Assembly (NCBI GenBank): GCA_965219995.1
Contig: CBDCOX010000002.1
Span: forward strand, 512,001-576,000
Length of the DNA stretch: 64,000 nucleotides
Origin: Candidatus Latescibacterota bacterium
GTDB taxonomy: Bacteria; Latescibacterota; UBA2968; GCA-2709665
Reading direction: 5' to 3'
Shown here: positions 60,950 through 64,000 of the stretch, piece after piece
How the letters are laid out: every line of letters starts with the position of its first letter
How positions within the stretch are numbered: position 1 is the first letter of the stretch
Notes under the pieces: model-generated
Databases searched by the model: none
Told to the model about the DNA's origin: nothing
Seen by the model: the letters and a program-made list of their open reading frames with translations, nothing else
Position numbers and translations under genes: made by a program

Positions 60950-61909
60950 ATGAATCTGGATTCCCATACCCAGGTGGTGATGCTTCTCACGGTTTCGTTT
61001 GGAAGATCCGAAGGGGCGACGGCGAAACCACTTTCGCCGAGAGAGTGGGCCCGCCTCGCGGCCTGGCTGAAGGATCGCAAGCTGGATGCGTCGGCCTTGT
61101 TGAAGGGTGAATTGAAGAACGAGCTCTTGGGTTGGATGGATCGTTCGATTACGCTGGCCAGACTCGAGAGCCTGATGGATCGTGGTGGGGCGTTCGGTCT
61201 GTCGCTCGAGAGATGGCAGCGTGCGGGTCTGTGGGTCGTGGCTCAATCCGATCCGGAGTATCCGGTACAATTGAAACGCCGGCTTCGGCTGGAGTCTCCA
61301 CCGGTGCTGTTCGGCTGCGGAAACAGGATGCTGCTTCCGCACGGCGGCATCGCCGTCGTCGGCTCCCGAAATGCCGGCCGAACGGACCTTACTTTCGCGG
61401 AGAGACTGGGCGCCGCCACCGCCCGGCAGGGACATACGATCATATCGGGCGGGGCCCGCGGGGTCGACCAGAGTGCAATGTTGAGCGCATTGGAGAGCGG
61501 AGGCACTGCCGTCGGCGTTCTGGCGGACAGTCTGATCCGGGCGGCGACATCTGCGAAGTACCGCAAGTTTCTTGTTTCACGTGACCTGGTGCTGGTAACC
61601 CCTTTCAATCCGGAAGCGGGTTTCAATGTCGGCAACGCGATGGGCCGAAACCGGTACATCTATTGCCTGTCCGCGGCTGGAATCGTGGTCAGCAGTACGC
61701 CGAACCGGGGGGGAACGTGGAACGGCGCGCTCGAAAACCTGAAAGCCGGCTGGGTTCCCCTCTGGGTGAAACGCACGGAAAACAGGAAATCAGGCAATGC
61801 AAGTCTTGTTGAGAGGGGCGCACGGTGGATTCCTGACAAATTAGAGTCGCTCGACGACTTAATGCGCGATTCGACGTCCGGGCCCGCTGCAGCGCCCCGG
61901 CTTTTTTAA
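60950..61909 (+). CDS. DprA/Smf-like protein (RqlI-like)
   Basis: YP..LK, PPVLFG.G, AVVGSR, ISGGARGVD, AMGRNR, GGTW.GA. Confidence 0.88.
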   Translation: MNLDSHTQVVMLLTVSFGRSEGATAKPLSPREWARLAAWLKDRKLDASALLKGELKNELLGWMDRSITLARLESLMDRGGAFGLSLERWQRAGLWVVAQSDPEYPVQLKRRLRLESPPVLFGCGNRMLLPHGGIAVVGSRNAGRTDLTFAERLGAATARQGHTIISGGARGVDQSAMLSALESGGTAVGVLADSLIRAATSAKYRKFLVSRDLVLVTPFNPEAGFNVGNAMGRNRYIYCLSAAGIVVSSTPNRGGTWNGALENLKAGWVPLWVKRTENRKSGNASLVERGARWIPDKLESLDDLMRDSTSGPAAAPRLF

Positions 61910-62066
61910 CGCAACAGCGAATCCTTCCCTCTTCTCAATGCGGCCAACCTCCAGGATTCTCAATTCGCCCCCAGCCGGAAATTGACACATCTTACCGATG
62001 CGGTCGCGTGCCGGAGTGGCAATCGAACCTCGCTTGCCTCAGGTAGCGCGAGGCAACGGTCCGCCG

Positions 62067-63326
62067 TCACTCCCCCGTGTACCCCCTTGACGCCCAGACC
62101 TTTCGGGCGAGCTTTTTGGCTTCGTCGGACGGTTCGATGTCGCCCAGGATGCTGGAGGGCGGCTGTCCGGCCCTTTTGCGGGCGGGGCCGGGTGACCAGT
62201 CGTCGTCTTCGTATTGCCTGCGCACCGATTCATCGCGGAAGTCGGGCACTTCCATCGGTGCGGAATCGTTCAGCGCCGAACGCCACGCCTGGATGCCGGC
62301 GATGCTCATGTCGATCCCCCTGTACACATCCAGATAGGGCTGCTCGCCCGTGCGGATCGCCTCGGCGAAGTGCCAGGAGGTGAAGAAGTCGCCGCCGCCG
62401 TGCCCGGTGCGGGTCGCTTTGTCGTGATGGACGGGAAAGTCGGGTTTGTAAACGGTTTCGACCGGATCGTCTTTGCGCTTCTCCCACGGCTCGTACCAGA
62501 CCCGCAGCCGCTGTCTGTCGCCGTGCCGGCAGTTTTCCATCACCCCTCTGTTGCCGTGGATGCGGACGTAGTTGCCGTGACCGCGCAGACCGCCGTGAAG
62601 GGACTTCATCACCGCGTCGTTGTCCATCCGGCAGATGATCACCGCGGCGGTGTCGGACCGCTTCATGTGCAGTGTCTGCGAGGGGTCGGCGAAATCGAAA
62701 GGGATGACGAATCCGTTCACTTTGGTGGGTCTGGTGTCGGTGATGTACATGACCGGCGCGATGGAATGCGTGCAGTAATACGTGGCCGGGGTCCAGTTGC
62801 GCCAGTGGTTTCGCCCGCAGCTTCGACCCAGTTTCACTTCGGGCGGGTCCGGGTGGACGTATTCGCCCTCGCCGTATTTGAACTCGCCCACGCGTCCTTC
62901 CTGATAGAGCCGCTTCATCTCCTGGTTGAAGACCATGTAGGGGTAGTTTTCGGCGAACATGTAGATCCTGCCGCTCTTTTCGACCGCCCTGGCCAGCGCG
63001 ACCCCTTCGCCGAGGGTGTGGCAGGCCGCAGTCTCGCTCATCACGTGCATTCCGGCGTTGAGCGCCTTGATGGCAAACGGGGCGTGCTCGTGGAAATAGT
63101 TCGCCAGCACGACCGCGTCCATGTCGCAGCCAAGGAAGTCGTCGTAGTCGACGAAGGTCCGGACGTTCAGCGTCTCACCCTCTGCAGTCAGCCGCTCTTC
63201 CCATGTGTCGCAGATTGCGATAATCTCCATCCCGGTCGCCCCGGCCGCACGCGCAAACGAGCGCCCGCGGCCGACGCCGACCACGCCGACCCGGATTTTC
63301 CGGATTTCACCTTCATTGGCCATCAT
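62067..63326 (-). CDS. Gfo/Idh/MocA-family oxidoreductase
   Basis: VGVVGVGRG, HVMSE, AENY, EGEYVH, YCTHS, GHGGGD. Confidence 0.88.
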   Translation of the reverse strand: MMANEGEIRKIRVGVVGVGRGRSFARAAGATGMEIIAICDTWEERLTAEGETLNVRTFVDYDDFLGCDMDAVVLANYFHEHAPFAIKALNAGMHVMSETAACHTLGEGVALARAVEKSGRIYMFAENYPYMVFNQEMKRLYQEGRVGEFKYGEGEYVHPDPPEVKLGRSCGRNHWRNWTPATYYCTHSIAPVMYITDTRPTKVNGFVIPFDFADPSQTLHMKRSDTAAVIICRMDNDAVMKSLHGGLRGHGNYVRIHGNRGVMENCRHGDRQRLRVWYEPWEKRKDDPVETVYKPDFPVHHDKATRTGHGGGDFFTSWHFAEAIRTGEQPYLDVYRGIDMSIAGIQAWRSALNDSAPMEVPDFRDESVRRQYEDDDWSPGPARKRAGQPPSSILGDIEPSDEAKKLARKVWASRGYTGE

Positions 63327-63337
63327 TCAATCCCTTA

Positions 63338-63585
63338 TCCTGATTAATTCACTAAACATGAACTTACATGGATGGACAGGATGGACAGGATATAAACCAA
63401 GAGCAGGACAAGAGCTCACGATTCCGGGCCAGACCGATGGATCCTTACCTCGGTGAGCTACGAAACATCACCCTGACCAATCAGCTACGTAAATCATGAA
63501 ATGCCGTTGCAAATTACTTCGCTGAATTTATTGAAAAACAACCCGTTATACTTCAAAACCATGGGTTTTCGTGAATAATTCAACC
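63338..63585 (-). mobile_element. 248-bp TA-flanked MITE-like element, copy 2 (inverted)
   Basis: Same length and ends as 55873-56120; TA at 63336-63337 and 63586-63587. Confidence 0.8.
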
Positions 63586-63813
63586 TATGATGTGCAGCGG
63601 AAATCGTGAATCGGGAATGGCATCTCCGATCCACACGAAAATCGCCCCCATTCCCTCGCGTCATTCGGAATTTACGTCCGGTCTTCATCTGGCGCAAACA
63701 CACTTTTCTTGTTACAATAGATCGTACCTCGCCGAATCAGTCTGTTGGCGTCAATGCATCGCTGCGACGTGTTATTGCGAGGATCTGTTGAAACGCCAAA
63801 GGGTTAATGTAAG

Positions 63814-64000
63814 ATGGAGACCGACACGAAGACGAGTTCCGGACTGAGCCCGGCGCAAAAGTATTTCTTCGACGTCAACGGCTACGTATTGCTTCAGGGG
63901 ATCTTCAGCCCGGAAGAATGCGGCCGTCTGATCGATCTCGCGGACAGGATGGACGTCGATGATACATGCGCGTACAAGCACGACGGCTATCCGAAGACCG
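63814..64000 (+). CDS. PhyH-family dioxygenase, N-terminal part, runs off window
   Basis: METD...LSPAQKYFFDVNGYVLLQGIFSPEEC. Confidence 0.7.
   Translation, partial: METDTKTSSGLSPAQKYFFDVNGYVLLQGIFSPEECGRLIDLADRMDVDDTCAYKHDGYPKT

Noticed and set aside
1-64000. CRISPR arrays, tRNA/rRNA genes, integrases, transposases, reverse transcriptases
   Set aside because: None recognised by eye; short or degenerate examples could have been missed

Overview
GC-rich bacterial chromosome window. A C-terminal paired EF-hand/dockerin-like module and abundant Gfo/Idh/MocA, sugar-isomerase TIM-barrel, PhyH, sulfatase and DUF1080 genes suggest a Latescibacterota/Gemmatimonadota/Poribacteria-like heterotroph; this taxonomy is inference only. 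Core blocks: uvrB-nadC-birA-coaX (16.2-21.0 kb), a peptide ABC transporter (39.6-43.2 kb) and rplM-rpsI-rpsB-tsf-frr (43.6-46.7 kb, with pyrH missing). Most notable observations: (1) a promoter-bounded ~255-nt transcript at 43.23-43.49 kb that begins with a 14-nt complement to the conserved 16S rRNA 3' tail and an 11-codon ORF, followed by a ~195-nt multi-stem RNA I cannot assign to a known family; (2) an AT-rich HNH / tandem restriction-fold / minimal nucleotidyltransferase island bracketed by 306-bp direct repeats of a deaminase 3' end; (3) a RecQ-PRTase plus DprA-like pair; (4) two MITE families, one inserted at the predicted start site of a structured leader upstream of a WYL-domain gene; (5) a bacterial OSGIN-like flavoprotein; (6) several pseudogenes not shown in the ORF track. 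I saw no rRNA, tRNA or CRISPR array. All calls come from motif recognition by eye; no database searches were run.
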